Of a DNA stretch of 64,000 nucleotides, positions 38,854 to 49,176 are shown piece by piece. The notes under the pieces are model-generated. The model was not told the origin of the DNA and ran no database searches. It saw only the letters and a program-made list of their open reading frames with translations. A program made the position numbers and the translations under genes. Position 1 is the first letter of the stretch. Each line of letters begins with the position of its first letter. Source of the stretch: Halobacteriovoraceae bacterium. GTDB lineage: Bacteria > Bdellovibrionota > Bacteriovoracia > Bacteriovoracales > Bacteriovoracaceae. Location: assembly GCA_963719505.1 (NCBI GenBank), contig CAVRCF010000003.1, positions 356,969 through 420,968 on the forward strand. The letters run 5' to 3'.

Positions 38854-39652
38854 CCTTATCAAGGTATGCTTGAAGAATTTGTTGTTCTATTAGACCTCTT
38901 GTTCGTGAAGGAACAGTTGCTCTGACGACGAGATTAATTTCATTAACTCCAGAAAACTTGACATTAATTCTTGGTTTTATCGCTGGAAGATCGAGTTGTC
39001 TTTTTGAGGCAATTTTAGCGAAGTGTCTGATGGCCTGCTCTAAATACTGCTCACAAACTTCCATTGTTGAATCGTAAAGCGCATCTCTATGTCTTTTCCA
39101 GTCGACATCTTTAATGACTGGAACGGTGAAGATATGCAAAACATAGTCTGTAGAGAATGTTTCATTTGTCACTGATTTGGTAAGAAATAAACTGTTTGGA
39201 ATTGTTACGGCCCGACCAGTGTACTGATGAGTAAGATCTCCGGGACCAACCTCCATAAGTTGCGTCGATAGAAATCCAAACTCAATAACATCTCCTCTAA
39301 TGGAGTCAATCTCGATTCTATCCCCAACACTAAAAGGCCTTGAGAAAGTTTTGTAGAATCCACCGCCAATACATAAAAGAAATTCCTTTGAGGCAATGGC
39401 GATTGCCGCAGCTACAGCAGTGAAGGGAAGGATAACGGAGTATATCTCTGTTGACCAGATGAGCAGTGCTGCAAAAATTAACGAAAGGGTAAAGAAGCCT
39501 CTAAAGTTAGAGAGAAGGCGTCTTTTATGATCAATTTGAAAGTTCGATCTTTTAACAAGATTCTCAAAGACCAAATAGGTCGTAATGAGAACAAGTGCGA
39601 TACCAACATAAATGATAGCTTCTTTATAAATAGAGAGAAATTGTAAGCCCAT
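38843..39652 (-). CDS. MscS family mechanosensitive channel
   Basis: Three TM; PFSVGDRIEID..GDV, VTIPNSLF. Confidence 0.88.
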   Translation of the reverse strand: MGLQFLSIYKEAIIYVGIALVLITTYLVFENLVKRSNFQIDHKRRLLSNFRGFFTLSLIFAALLIWSTEIYSVILPFTAVAAAIAIASKEFLLCIGGGFYKTFSRPFSVGDRIEIDSIRGDVIEFGFLSTQLMEVGPGDLTHQYTGRAVTIPNSLFLTKSVTNETFSTDYVLHIFTVPVIKDVDWKRHRDALYDSTMEVCEQYLEQAIRHFAKIASKRQLDLPAIKPRINVKFSGVNEINLVVRATVPSRTRGLIEQQILQAYLDKVIQ

Positions 39653-39690
39653 AGGAGAAGTTTACCTCCCGATGGGCCAATTGAAAAGAG

Positions 39691-41499
39691 TTAACTGTTT
39701 TCTTGTTCAGCGAAGAAACTAAGAGGTTGTCTGACAGCAACTCGTCCGCCACCTTTAGGTTTTGGAAAGTCGATAATACTTAAGACTTTACCCATGCAGT
39801 TGATCCCACCACGAGAAAACCTTTTATCTTTTGCTGTGATGTCTATTTCTGATACCTTTCCTGATCCTAGAATCGTAAAGTTTAGGTCGACAATACCCTT
39901 AATATCTTCAGAATTAGTTGCAAGTTCCTCTTGATAACAATGTCTAAACTGAGGAAGGTAGCGTTGGAGAATCTTTCTTAAAAGCTCTGGATCCATACTA
40001 CCAAGAACAACAGTTTTTGTTTGTATATATGAGGTATCTCTTCCTGCTTTAGAAGACAGTCCTTTGGATCCCATACTTGCAGCAGCTCCGGCAAGATCAC
40101 TTCCCATATTCCCAACTTCACTGGATGCAGTACCGCTTACTTGTGTGTTTAAGCTACCTGTAACCGCACTGCTGGCATTTTCTGATGCCACACTTCTTGA
40201 AGCCGTTTTTGCCACAGACTTAGAGTTTGAAAATAAACTTTTAACATTACTTTTCATTTTGAAAGCGTAAGCCTTAACTGGAGCTTTCGCCTTCTTTGTT
40301 GGCTTTGCAGGTGCTTTTTTAGGAGCAGCTTTTGCGACTTTCGTTACTTTCTTAGGTGCTTTCTGTTTTGCTTTCTTTCCCGCTTTACTATGAGAAACCT
40401 TCTTCTCTGGTTGTTTTGTTGATTTATGTCCCGTATTTTTCACTTTATCCGTTGGATTTGTAGACGCAAGCTTTTTACCATCTACTTTTGCATTGGTTGG
40501 CTTTTTGTAGATAATAGAGATCTTCTTTTTAGGCTTTGGTATTTCAAAGTTAACAAAAAGGAGCATTAAAAGAGGAAGCATAATTCCGGCAAAAACTTTT
40601 GCCGAGTCTTTAATAAAAGCTTTCTCTCTTTTTATCTGAGGAATATTAATCAAGTGATTTGGAACATCAGAGATTTCAATGAAGATCTGATAAGTACCCT
40701 TCGTCAGAATAATAACCGTAGATTCGTCATCTAGGCTCAGACTATTTTTAGAAATTGAAAATCCAGCAAGAGGGTTAATATGGACCATACCATTTTCAAT
40801 GGTGATAAAGTCCTCTTCAGCCCCTTCGAGGTTCTCGACGAGAATCGTTTTGTTTTGAAGAGTAGAGCTGGCCTTAATCGTTTTCAAATTCAAAGGAAGA
40901 TAAAATTGATCTAGGATTGTACCCGTTGTTAAAGTTGTAACCTGGATACACTTAGCATAGTCTCTTTTTTCTAATTCAAAGGACTCATCGATTTCTTCCA
41001 GCTGAATATAGTCAGAGATAGATATGTTTTTAACGGCAACTTCTGTAATAGGATTAAAATGACTTTCGTCAAAAATAATATCGCAGTATTCATCGTCGAT
41101 AAGAATTTCGTTACCCGACAATTGAGTTGGAACATAGACTTTCTCGTCGCTTGAGATAAATGCGACTTCGCTATCGAGTTGCTCAAATGTCGCCTTCTCT
41201 TCTCCACTGATAACGGTGTAGTGGATAGAGCCAATTGTGACACTATCTTCTATTGTTATAGGCGTAATTGACGTAATTCGCGATCCATTGACAAAAACAC
41301 CATTGGCACTATTGAGGTCCATAATAAGCATCATTCCATCTTTATCCGACTCGATAAGAGCATGATAGTGAGAGATAGAAGACGCACCAATTGTAATATC
41401 ACAATTAGAAGCCGAACCGACTAGTATCTTTGATTTATTAATGTCTATTGATTCAAACTGATGATCAGCAGGAATCAAATTTATACTATTTGTTTTCAT
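39691..41499 (-). CDS. GltG/PglI-like gliding protein (FHA - TM - Lys/Ala linker - AgmX/PglI C-terminal domain)
   Basis: N-terminal FHA (SHYHA..DLNSANGVFVNG), TM, LPQFRHCYQ..C..FPKPKGGG..V.QPL TonB_C-like end. Confidence 0.8.
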   Translation of the reverse strand: MKTNSINLIPADHQFESIDINKSKILVGSASNCDITIGASSISHYHALIESDKDGMMLIMDLNSANGVFVNGSRITSITPITIEDSVTIGSIHYTVISGEEKATFEQLDSEVAFISSDEKVYVPTQLSGNEILIDDEYCDIIFDESHFNPITEVAVKNISISDYIQLEEIDESFELEKRDYAKCIQVTTLTTGTILDQFYLPLNLKTIKASSTLQNKTILVENLEGAEEDFITIENGMVHINPLAGFSISKNSLSLDDESTVIILTKGTYQIFIEISDVPNHLINIPQIKREKAFIKDSAKVFAGIMLPLLMLLFVNFEIPKPKKKISIIYKKPTNAKVDGKKLASTNPTDKVKNTGHKSTKQPEKKVSHSKAGKKAKQKAPKKVTKVAKAAPKKAPAKPTKKAKAPVKAYAFKMKSNVKSLFSNSKSVAKTASRSVASENASSAVTGSLNTQVSGTASSEVGNMGSDLAGAAASMGSKGLSSKAGRDTSYIQTKTVVLGSMDPELLRKILQRYLPQFRHCYQEELATNSEDIKGIVDLNFTILGSGKVSEIDITAKDKRFSRGGINCMGKVLSIIDFPKPKGGGRVAVRQPLSFFAEQENS

Positions 41500-42298
41500 A
41501 CTTAATCTTCTTTAATATTTCAGTTTGAGTTACAGAGTAATACGAATCTGAACCTTCTGCAGAGTCGATGACTTGTTTCGCTTTATTGTGATCTCCTTGC
41601 ATGAGTAGTGCCATAGCATAGTTTGTCGCTATAGAGTCTCTTTTTGCAATTGTTGATGGAATCTTATTATAAAACCAAATTGATTGTTTATACTTTCCTG
41701 TCATTAAATTTAAATGACCTAGATTTGCTAGGAAGTCGATATCTTTAGGAGCTTTTTTGTAAAGGTCATTGAGAAGTCTTCTCGCTTTTTTATAAATCCC
41801 ATAGCGTAGATATAGCGTTGATAAGTTATACTTGGGAGTTAAGAAGTTCGGCTGAAGCTTTGTTGATTCTTCAAAGGCTTCAACGGCAAGAGTTTCTTTG
41901 CCCAGGAGGTTAAAATATAAACCAAGGTTGTTTTTTATTATCGCTTGAGTTCGAGTATCTTTGTTCGATGTTTTAAGAGCGAAATCAAAATAAAACTTAG
42001 CCTTTGGCAATTCTTCTTTCAGAAGGTAGCAAGTCGCAATTTTGTTCCAATACTTTGGGTTGTTCAGGTCTTTATCTAAAGTCTGCTTTAAGCTTTCAAG
42101 AGATTGAGAAAAATCACCACTATGGCATGATGCTAGAACAGTTTTTGATTGAACGCCTTCGAGCCTTTTTTCATTGTAGCGGCTAAAAGATTCAAATCGC
42201 AAACCATCATTTTCTGAGTCGGCGATAGTATTAACTTTCGAAGATGTTGCACATCCCACAAAAATAAAAAATGAAAGTAAAGTTATCACTCTAATCAT
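41486..42298 (-). CDS. TPR lipoprotein, GltE/AglT-like
   Basis: Lipobox FVGC; multiple TPRs (NNLG, YNLS, ANLG); operon position. Confidence 0.7.
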   Translation of the reverse strand: MIRVITLLSFFIFVGCATSSKVNTIADSENDGLRFESFSRYNEKRLEGVQSKTVLASCHSGDFSQSLESLKQTLDKDLNNPKYWNKIATCYLLKEELPKAKFYFDFALKTSNKDTRTQAIIKNNLGLYFNLLGKETLAVEAFEESTKLQPNFLTPKYNLSTLYLRYGIYKKARRLLNDLYKKAPKDIDFLANLGHLNLMTGKYKQSIWFYNKIPSTIAKRDSIATNYAMALLMQGDHNKAKQVIDSAEGSDSYYSVTQTEILKKIKYENK

Positions 42299-45129
42299 TT
42301 TTCCCCCAGGTCTAGTGTTGACAGCATCACTCCAGCAGGCGCTCTCGTTTCACCTATCTGAAGTATCTGATAGGCGCTATGAGTTTTTCTTTGGGTAAAG
42401 GTTAAGATATTATTTGAAGAGACAAATTGATTTGCCTGTTTTTTATAATTTGCACTCTGACTTCCAATTTGAGAGCTGACAGAAATCATTTGTGCTCTAA
42501 ACTGCTTTTGAAAGTCTTTGTCATCAACGGGAACTTCAATGTTCTTGATTTCAGTTGCAAAGTCTTCAACGAAGCTTGTCAGCTTATCATAGGCCATGAC
42601 AGAAATTTCAGGATGGGCCATTGCAAGAAGGTTGTCACCTTGTTTTAAAATCGGCTGAATTGACGTTAGTCTATTTGATAGGGCAGTGTTAAAAGCCTCC
42701 GGATCAAATGTTTTTCCAATTCTTACTTTTTCTTTCAAATGTTTATTTATTGACTGGTCTAGCTTTTCTAAACCAAGCTTACTTTGAGTGAATATTTGAC
42801 ATGACTTGCAGTTTAAATCAGAGATTTTTGAGCTGTAGAGAATTTCTTTTCGTTTATTTTTGCCATAGTACTTCCAGTATAGGTTCTCAAAGTAGACGCC
42901 AAGCTTGTCTTTAAATTCATCTTTAATTCTACTTGATGCTGCAAATTTTTCTAAGTCTGCCTCGTGGTTCATCATATATAAATGAGTGAGGATATAATCA
43001 TCAATCCACTTATTCTCTTTTGGTATACATGTTTTGTATTTATTATAAGTGAACATCGCTTTGGTGACATAGTCATTTGCGAGGTCATAGACGATAGACT
43101 TATTGTATGAGTCTAGGTTTTTTTGTTTATCTTCGTGACAAAAAAGTTGCAAGACAATCTTTTGAATATTGGCGGCATTAAGAAAATCTTGGAGTAGAGA
43201 AGATCTAAGAGAAACCTTCTCCATATATTCTCTGCGTTGAATTTTCTCTTTTATAGTAAAAAGAGGAAAAGACTTCTTGAACCACTTTACACCTCTTGAT
43301 GAATCTAAGAGGTCAATGTAGATGATACCCATATTAAATGCAGCATCTGCTCTAACTGATTTAGGGTACTTTTTCTTGTAAAAAATCTCTTTGTAACCGG
43401 CAATGGCTTCGTCTTTTTTCCCCGCGACACTGAGTTCTTGGTATCTGTTGAAAAGAATGTCCGCGAGAATTTTTTCTGTCTTCTTAGTATCTTCAAATGA
43501 GAAGTTTAAGTAGCCTTTGTACATAAGGTTAATTTTGTCAGCAATGAGATTAATATTTTCTTTCTTGATGAAGTAGTCAATTTGCTGCTTAAATAACGTC
43601 CTTTGTTCATTGATAGATTTTGGGAAGTTAGTGTGAAACACATCAATCGTCGCTTGAGACTTATCAAACCTCTCTGAAAATAAATACAGAGAAAAGAGCT
43701 TTGGATAAATAATAAAGCTTTTTTGAGATTTTGGCCAAATGGTAATATGTTTTGTGTAGGCGTACTCAAGTTCAGCTGTTTTCTGAACCTTAGAAAATTT
43801 ACCTAAATCAATACAAGAGAAAATAGAATCAATAGCTTTTTCATTGATGTCAAGATCACTTTTAGTCTCTTGTTGGGTTTCAACCGCTTCTTTATAGTAG
43901 GTGAGGGCTTTTTTGAAGTCCGCAACAGTATAGAGAGTCTCGGCTGAGTAATAGAGGTATTTAGCCTTATTCTTTTTGTCAAAGCCCGACAGAAGGTCAA
44001 AATAGCTAATAATTGTCGTGAGACGAGAAGCTGTGTATGTACCATCTTCTTTTGTGTATTCGTTTTTAAGTATAAGTTGTTGAGTCCCAACTTCTTCAGA
44101 TATCTTGTAGGTGATATCCTCTTGTTGGTAGTCCGTTAATTTAAGCTTACTAATGGCTTTACTTATCTCATGCATTTTGTATTTTTCGTTAAATTGCTTG
44201 TGAAAGTCGAACTGGAATAATCTAAGATCTGCCAATTGTATGTCTTTTTGCTTTGGATCAATATACTTTTCTGTTAGAGCTATCAACTCTATTGATTCTT
44301 TTTTATAGCCTTTATTAGCAACCTTCTTGAGGTATGAGAAAAGGGCATCGTACTTATCATCTACTTTACTTAAGATGAAATTTTTTCCACGCTCAATTTG
44401 TTTACCTAGAACATAGAAGTTCACAAGGCCACCCATGATTTGTCCTCTAAAGTCGATATAGAAGTCCTTGGATGAAAGGTCGTAAGCATGTTCTAAGGTC
44501 GAAATAGCTTTCTCAAATTTGTGAGTTTTTAAAAGACACCAACCGTAGTTATAAAGGTTTTTTGTATGCCATTCATCATCTAAGTTTTTTGTCACAATAT
44601 CGTAAAGCTCAACGGCTTTTTTATACTTTTTCTTATTGTAATAGTATTCTGCTAGTGAGGTTCTCGTTAGATACTTAATCTCACTTCCTTTCGGAGAAAG
44701 AGCAAGTGCGGACCTTAGATAGGTAAACTCTTTATCATCATAGGCGTAGTCTCTTGAGTTGAGAGCAAGGGTATAGTAGATTGCAGGCCTATAAGGAGAT
44801 CGAGGATGGCTTTTGAGTATAGATAAGCCTTGCTTTCTAGCTTTTTCGTAAAGAGCGAGAGTCTTTTTAAAAGCTTTTTTTCGCGAGATCTTCTTACCAG
44901 CGAGTCCCATTTTTACAAAACTCTCGTTTTCTTTTTGCTTCCAAAGCTTAATTTTTTCAGATTGTAGCTCTAGAAGTCTATATTTGAGACTACTTGTCTT
45001 TTTTCTGGCGCGATTAATCGTTGAGATCTCTTGATCGATCAATTTCATCAAAGCATGCCACTTGCTAACTTTCTTAGGTTTAGCACTGACACTTGTGAAT
45101 ATGAGTGTTAAAAGTAAAAAATACTTCAT
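42295..45129 (-). CDS. Large periplasmic TPR protein, GltD/AgmU-like
   Basis: Signal peptide; TPR arrays (LAEYYY, YNYGWC, AAFNMG); operon position. Confidence 0.7.
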   Translation of the reverse strand: MKYFLLLTLIFTSVSAKPKKVSKWHALMKLIDQEISTINRARKKTSSLKYRLLELQSEKIKLWKQKENESFVKMGLAGKKISRKKAFKKTLALYEKARKQGLSILKSHPRSPYRPAIYYTLALNSRDYAYDDKEFTYLRSALALSPKGSEIKYLTRTSLAEYYYNKKKYKKAVELYDIVTKNLDDEWHTKNLYNYGWCLLKTHKFEKAISTLEHAYDLSSKDFYIDFRGQIMGGLVNFYVLGKQIERGKNFILSKVDDKYDALFSYLKKVANKGYKKESIELIALTEKYIDPKQKDIQLADLRLFQFDFHKQFNEKYKMHEISKAISKLKLTDYQQEDITYKISEEVGTQQLILKNEYTKEDGTYTASRLTTIISYFDLLSGFDKKNKAKYLYYSAETLYTVADFKKALTYYKEAVETQQETKSDLDINEKAIDSIFSCIDLGKFSKVQKTAELEYAYTKHITIWPKSQKSFIIYPKLFSLYLFSERFDKSQATIDVFHTNFPKSINEQRTLFKQQIDYFIKKENINLIADKINLMYKGYLNFSFEDTKKTEKILADILFNRYQELSVAGKKDEAIAGYKEIFYKKKYPKSVRADAAFNMGIIYIDLLDSSRGVKWFKKSFPLFTIKEKIQRREYMEKVSLRSSLLQDFLNAANIQKIVLQLFCHEDKQKNLDSYNKSIVYDLANDYVTKAMFTYNKYKTCIPKENKWIDDYILTHLYMMNHEADLEKFAASSRIKDEFKDKLGVYFENLYWKYYGKNKRKEILYSSKISDLNCKSCQIFTQSKLGLEKLDQSINKHLKEKVRIGKTFDPEAFNTALSNRLTSIQPILKQGDNLLAMAHPEISVMAYDKLTSFVEDFATEIKNIEVPVDDKDFQKQFRAQMISVSSQIGSQSANYKKQANQFVSSNNILTFTQRKTHSAYQILQIGETRAPAGVMLSTLDLGEK

Positions 45130-45593
45130 TAATAATTGCCTTGTACTATAAACTTAAATTCAGTAAAACCTGCAATCGCAGATGTATGCATAACCTTTTG
45201 AAGCGACTTATAAGGTGTGTCCTTGTCAAAAACTAAGTTTACAGCTTTTGATTTCTTCGCTGCCGGCGCGCGGTCTTGTTCTTTTTTTGATTTAAGAAGC
45301 TCTAAGAGCTTTGGTATTTCTGCTCCCGATGTTGGGATCTGAGCAATAATATCTTTACCAATCCAAATATTATTATCTTTATCAACTTGTATAATAATCG
45401 CGTGGCTACCCAGTTTTCTCGCTTTAGAGTCGGGGACACTTAAGTTTTTTACAAGATCGAGTTTTAAGTCAGAAGCGTTATAACTTTTGAGAAGGAAAAC
45501 GAGTAAAATAACAAGGATATCCAAAAGAGATGTAATATCGATCTCCATCGGCTCCTTTTTTTCTCTTTTATTTTTTCCGAACATTCTTCTCAT
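45129..45593 (-). CDS. ExbD/TolR family motor subunit (AglS-like)
   Basis: DITSLLDILVILLVFLL with TM Asp; FDKDTPY. Confidence 0.88.
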   Translation of the reverse strand: MRRMFGKNKREKKEPMEIDITSLLDILVILLVFLLKSYNASDLKLDLVKNLSVPDSKARKLGSHAIIIQVDKDNNIWIGKDIIAQIPTSGAEIPKLLELLKSKKEQDRAPAAKKSKAVNLVFDKDTPYKSLQKVMHTSAIAGFTEFKFIVQGNY

Positions 45594-45601
45594 TTATAAT
45601 C

Positions 45602-46093
45602 CTATTCTTGTGTTTCAAAAATGATTTGATCAAAAAGTTTTGTCGATGCAGTCTTTCTCCCTTTATCGTCTACCGAAGGAACAACCACACCTGGTTTTAG
45701 GACTTCTCTTGCATTATCGATTACCTTTACAATCTTGTGGTACTTAAAACCTGATGTTGGCTTTAAAATAACCGACGACTCTTTAGGGTAGTCTTTCTTT
45801 ATATCGATCAAAAGGTCATTTAATAAAGAAATCTCTTTATATTGAATTTTCTTTTTCACATCTCCATTAAGTCCCGTCTTTACAGTAATGGTGTCGTCGC
45901 TTAGCTCTAATGTTAAGTTCAGCGGATCTTTCTCCGGGTGACTTTCACTGCTGGCCGAAATAGGAGCATCACTACCAATTTCAAAGATGTCCAAGAATTG
46001 AGCTGACATCAAGAGAAAGAAAATGAAGATAAAAATCGCATCCAAAATTGGGATGAGATTTAACTTCGGTGGTTTCGCTATTTTTCTTGCCAT
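45602..46093 (-). CDS. ExbD/TolR family motor subunit (AglQ-like)
   Basis: LNLIPILDAIFIFIFFLL with TM Asp; YHKIVKVIDNAR. Confidence 0.88.
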   Translation of the reverse strand: MARKIAKPPKLNLIPILDAIFIFIFFLLMSAQFLDIFEIGSDAPISASSESHPEKDPLNLTLELSDDTITVKTGLNGDVKKKIQYKEISLLNDLLIDIKKDYPKESSVILKPTSGFKYHKIVKVIDNAREVLKPGVVVPSVDDKGRKTASTKLFDQIIFETQE

Positions 46094-46103
46094 GGTTTAA
46101 GTC

Positions 46104-46856
46104 CTAAGCTGCTTCGTTTTCTACTGAGTCAATTTTAGCTGGTGCTTGCATACCTTTTTTAGTCGATAAAAGATCTGTAAGTTTCACTGAATAATGCTCC
46201 AGTTCACCCAGAATTTTTTCCGCTTTTGCAGAGAGAACTTGGTGGGCAACCATAATCGTTATCGCTGAAATAAGGCCAAAAGCCGTCGTGTTCATGGCTT
46301 TGGAAATACCGAGAGCCAGAAGTTCTGCTTTTGATGCTGCGTCTGCCGATGCAACAGCAGCAAATGATTGAATCAGACCATAGATCGTCCCAAGGAGTCC
46401 TACTAGAGTCGAAGTGTTTGCTATAAGGGCAAGGTAACCAAGTCTTTTTTCGATATGGGGAATGGCCTCTAACATACTTGCTTCCAGGGCATCTTGAATT
46501 TGTTCTTTCGACTGATTTGCTCTTTTTAAGCCATTTCTTAATACATTTGCTAGAAGTGCTTTGGAAGATGCACAGTCTTGAATTGCTGTTTGGACGTCAT
46601 TGGTTAATACTTTCTTACGAATATCTCCCATTAGACTTTGACCATCAATATCATATTTAAAAATACTTTTAAATCTTTCCAGAGCGATTGCCACACCAAA
46701 AGCCCACATTCCAAGGATGATCCACATGAAGACACCACCATCGTCCATGAATTTCGCAAATTCTTGAACGAAGTTAAGTTCTGTTTGTGTAGGTGCAGCG
46801 ACAGAGTTTACAAGCTCTGTTTGACTAGTGACGTCCTGTTTTGTTATTTCACTCAT
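46104..46856 (-). CDS. MotA/TolQ/ExbB proton-channel subunit (AglR-like)
   Basis: TLVGLLGTIYGLI, GISKAMNTTAFGL. Confidence 0.92.
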   Translation of the reverse strand: MSEITKQDVTSQTELVNSVAAPTQTELNFVQEFAKFMDDGGVFMWIILGMWAFGVAIALERFKSIFKYDIDGQSLMGDIRKKVLTNDVQTAIQDCASSKALLANVLRNGLKRANQSKEQIQDALEASMLEAIPHIEKRLGYLALIANTSTLVGLLGTIYGLIQSFAAVASADAASKAELLALGISKAMNTTAFGLISAITIMVAHQVLSAKAEKILGELEHYSVKLTDLLSTKKGMQAPAKIDSVENEAA

Positions 46857-46877
46857 CTTTTTATCCCCCGAATATTT

Positions 46878-47126
46878 TTACCTAATAAATTTTATGTCTC
46901 TTTGGATAAACTCATCAAAATCTTTTCTTCGATAGAGCTTACGCTTAAAAATCTTTCTTCTTCTCTCTTTAACGGATAAATCACCTGGAGCGATGATTGA
47001 CCCTTTAATCTCTAAGTCTCCAAGATCAAACTTTTCATATTGCTTGTACTTGTAGACAACATTTTCCTTGGCATAAACGGCAAAAGAAAATGTAAAAATT
47101 AAAATCAACAAAATGCTTTTTTTCAT
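46878..47126 (-). CDS. Small exported protein, GltF/CglF-like
   Basis: Signal peptide; KFDLGDLEIKGSIIAP..R..F..R.DF pattern; operon position. Confidence 0.6.
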   Translation of the reverse strand: MKKSILLILIFTFSFAVYAKENVVYKYKQYEKFDLGDLEIKGSIIAPGDLSVKERRRKIFKRKLYRRKDFDEFIQRDIKFIR

Positions 47127-47128
47127 GA

Positions 47129-48484
47129 CTACCTCTTTAAACATTGAGATTTTAAACCAAGGGAGTAATCACCCAGTTCGTCTGCCCAAAAAGCATTTTC
47201 GAAAGTCCAGAATTCCTGATGACTCTCTCTCTTAACATTCTCTAAAGAACCTCTTTTAAGATTCTTAGAAACTTTGTTTTTATAAACAAGGTTTCTTTTG
47301 TCTGATAAGATTTCCAACTTCAAATTGAACATCTCTGTTGCAAAAGAGTGGATCTGGTTTATGTATCGGTACATTGAGACTTTTACATAATGGTTGATTT
47401 GCTCTTTTAGGTCTTTTTTTATCTCTGCTAGCTTGTCTTGCTTTGATTTTTCATCATTCCTAACAATTTCAGTATTTAATGTATATAAAGTATTAAGATC
47501 TAGATTATATTTAACTCTCTTACTTACTTGAGTGATTAAGTTTCTTAGAAATTTACTGTCTTTCTCTGTCTCAGAAATTGGCGTAAACATCAGATCAAAA
47601 AAGTATGTGTTTGAGTTATTTTTTGCAATCACTGATCTCAATTTATTACTCTTTGGTGTGTAGTTTTCATAATACTTCTTGATGACCAATAAGGCGTCGT
47701 CATACAAACAAAGCTTGTAGTAGCTCAAAGCCTTCAAGACTTCAGCTTCAGGAGTAAAATAACTCGCCAAAAGAGGGGAGTTGTAAGTGATTAATGTACC
47801 AATCGCATTATTGTAGTTTCCCAGATAATAGTGTGACCAAGCTTTTTCAATAAGAATATATGGCCACTGAAATGACGTTTTAGGAATACTGTCGTAAAGC
47901 TTCAAGGCCATGATGAAATTTTTCTGTTTAAAGCGCATTCTGGCCCTGTTTATAAAACAGTCTTCTTTAATAATCGTAAAGTAACGTTGAACCTTTTCTT
48001 TTTGAAGTCCAATCTTTGATACTGCATCTTCTGAACATTCTGCCCAAGCCTTATCAGCTTTTTCAAATTGGTTTTGTTTATTGTAGACGGCACCTTTTAA
48101 AAGAAGAGCCTCAGGTTTAAGCCTGTGTGCTTTAGGAATTTTTCTTAGTCTTTTTATGGCATAGCTGTATTTACCGAGGTAAAAGTTCCTTTTCGCCATG
48201 ATAAGGTCTGTTTCAGGAATATTCATTTTCCTAAGTTCAAGGTCTCCGTAAGTATTAAAATAATGTGTCCCCGTATGGTCAAGAATTTTTTCAATAAGGT
48301 GCTTTGCATTCCTATCAGGGCTTTTGTACTTATACTGTTTACCAATATGATCCAAAGCAGAGAAATAGTTCTTTCTCTTATAGAGCTCTAGTGCTTCCTC
48401 ATAGATCTTATCTCTCTTGTCAGCTTTTGCGTAAGAGGTAAGTGAGAATGAAAATATCAAAATTGCGATGAGAGTTAACCTCAA
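47129..48484 (-). CDS. TPR protein, GltC-like
   Basis: Signal peptide; EKAWSHY, FTPEAEVLKAL..LCLY, C-terminal FW.FE..FWADELGDY....SQC. Confidence 0.75.
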   Translation of the reverse strand: MRLTLIAILIFSFSLTSYAKADKRDKIYEEALELYKRKNYFSALDHIGKQYKYKSPDRNAKHLIEKILDHTGTHYFNTYGDLELRKMNIPETDLIMAKRNFYLGKYSYAIKRLRKIPKAHRLKPEALLLKGAVYNKQNQFEKADKAWAECSEDAVSKIGLQKEKVQRYFTIIKEDCFINRARMRFKQKNFIMALKLYDSIPKTSFQWPYILIEKAWSHYYLGNYNNAIGTLITYNSPLLASYFTPEAEVLKALSYYKLCLYDDALLVIKKYYENYTPKSNKLRSVIAKNNSNTYFFDLMFTPISETEKDSKFLRNLITQVSKRVKYNLDLNTLYTLNTEIVRNDEKSKQDKLAEIKKDLKEQINHYVKVSMYRYINQIHSFATEMFNLKLEILSDKRNLVYKNKVSKNLKRGSLENVKRESHQEFWTFENAFWADELGDYSLGLKSQCLKR

Positions 48485-49176
48485 AATGATACTCCGATAT
48501 TTAGAGAAAAATCATTAAACTGCTTCCATTCTTTTCTGTCTGGAAACTTCGGTGAGCCTGCTTGAAAGTTTGAATTTAAGAACTCCACACCAAGGTGAAA
48601 ATTTTGATTGATGTGAAACTTTAAATTTGTTTTAAGCATAATGGGGTTGTATTCCTCACTGTCAAAAACATTCGGTGCACTTGGTGTTCTTACTGATTTA
48701 AGATTACTCTCAGCACTCATTGCTCCGTAACCCAGACCAAATGAAAGATCGAAGTAGTAAATTTTATTAAAAGTGTTTATCTTTCCATAAAATGGAGACC
48801 AAATTGCAAATACTGCAGTTGTCGAATTAGCTCTTCTTATGAAAGGTTCAGCGTCGTTGACGACCTTAACACTTTCATACGTTGAGTTTGTTGAACTTGA
48901 ATATGTATTGTACATAAGTTCCACAGCCCATTCTTCAAAGAAGTAATAACCAACTTTCATCGTCGCTCCGTTAACATCTTCAAAATCACTAGAAATATTT
49001 GTGAGATATCCAATGTCAACGTAGAGCGAGTTTTTCTTTTGGTATAACTTATTTTGAAGGACGTAGACCTTTTTATCTGGATCGAGCCAGAGAAAATCAT
49101 AAAGATCATTTTCTCCGGCAAATCCATTTAAAGGTACTACTAACATACATAACAACAACGTGTAGATTTTCTTCAC
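48481..49176 (-). CDS. Outer-membrane beta-barrel, GltA/GltB/GltH-like
   Basis: Signal peptide; VLQNKLY, WSPFYGK, terminal GVSF beta-signal. Confidence 0.8.
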   Translation of the reverse strand: MKKIYTLLLCMLVVPLNGFAGENDLYDFLWLDPDKKVYVLQNKLYQKKNSLYVDIGYLTNISSDFEDVNGATMKVGYYFFEEWAVELMYNTYSSSTNSTYESVKVVNDAEPFIRRANSTTAVFAIWSPFYGKINTFNKIYYFDLSFGLGYGAMSAESNLKSVRTPSAPNVFDSEEYNPIMLKTNLKFHINQNFHLGVEFLNSNFQAGSPKFPDRKEWKQFNDFSLNIGVSF

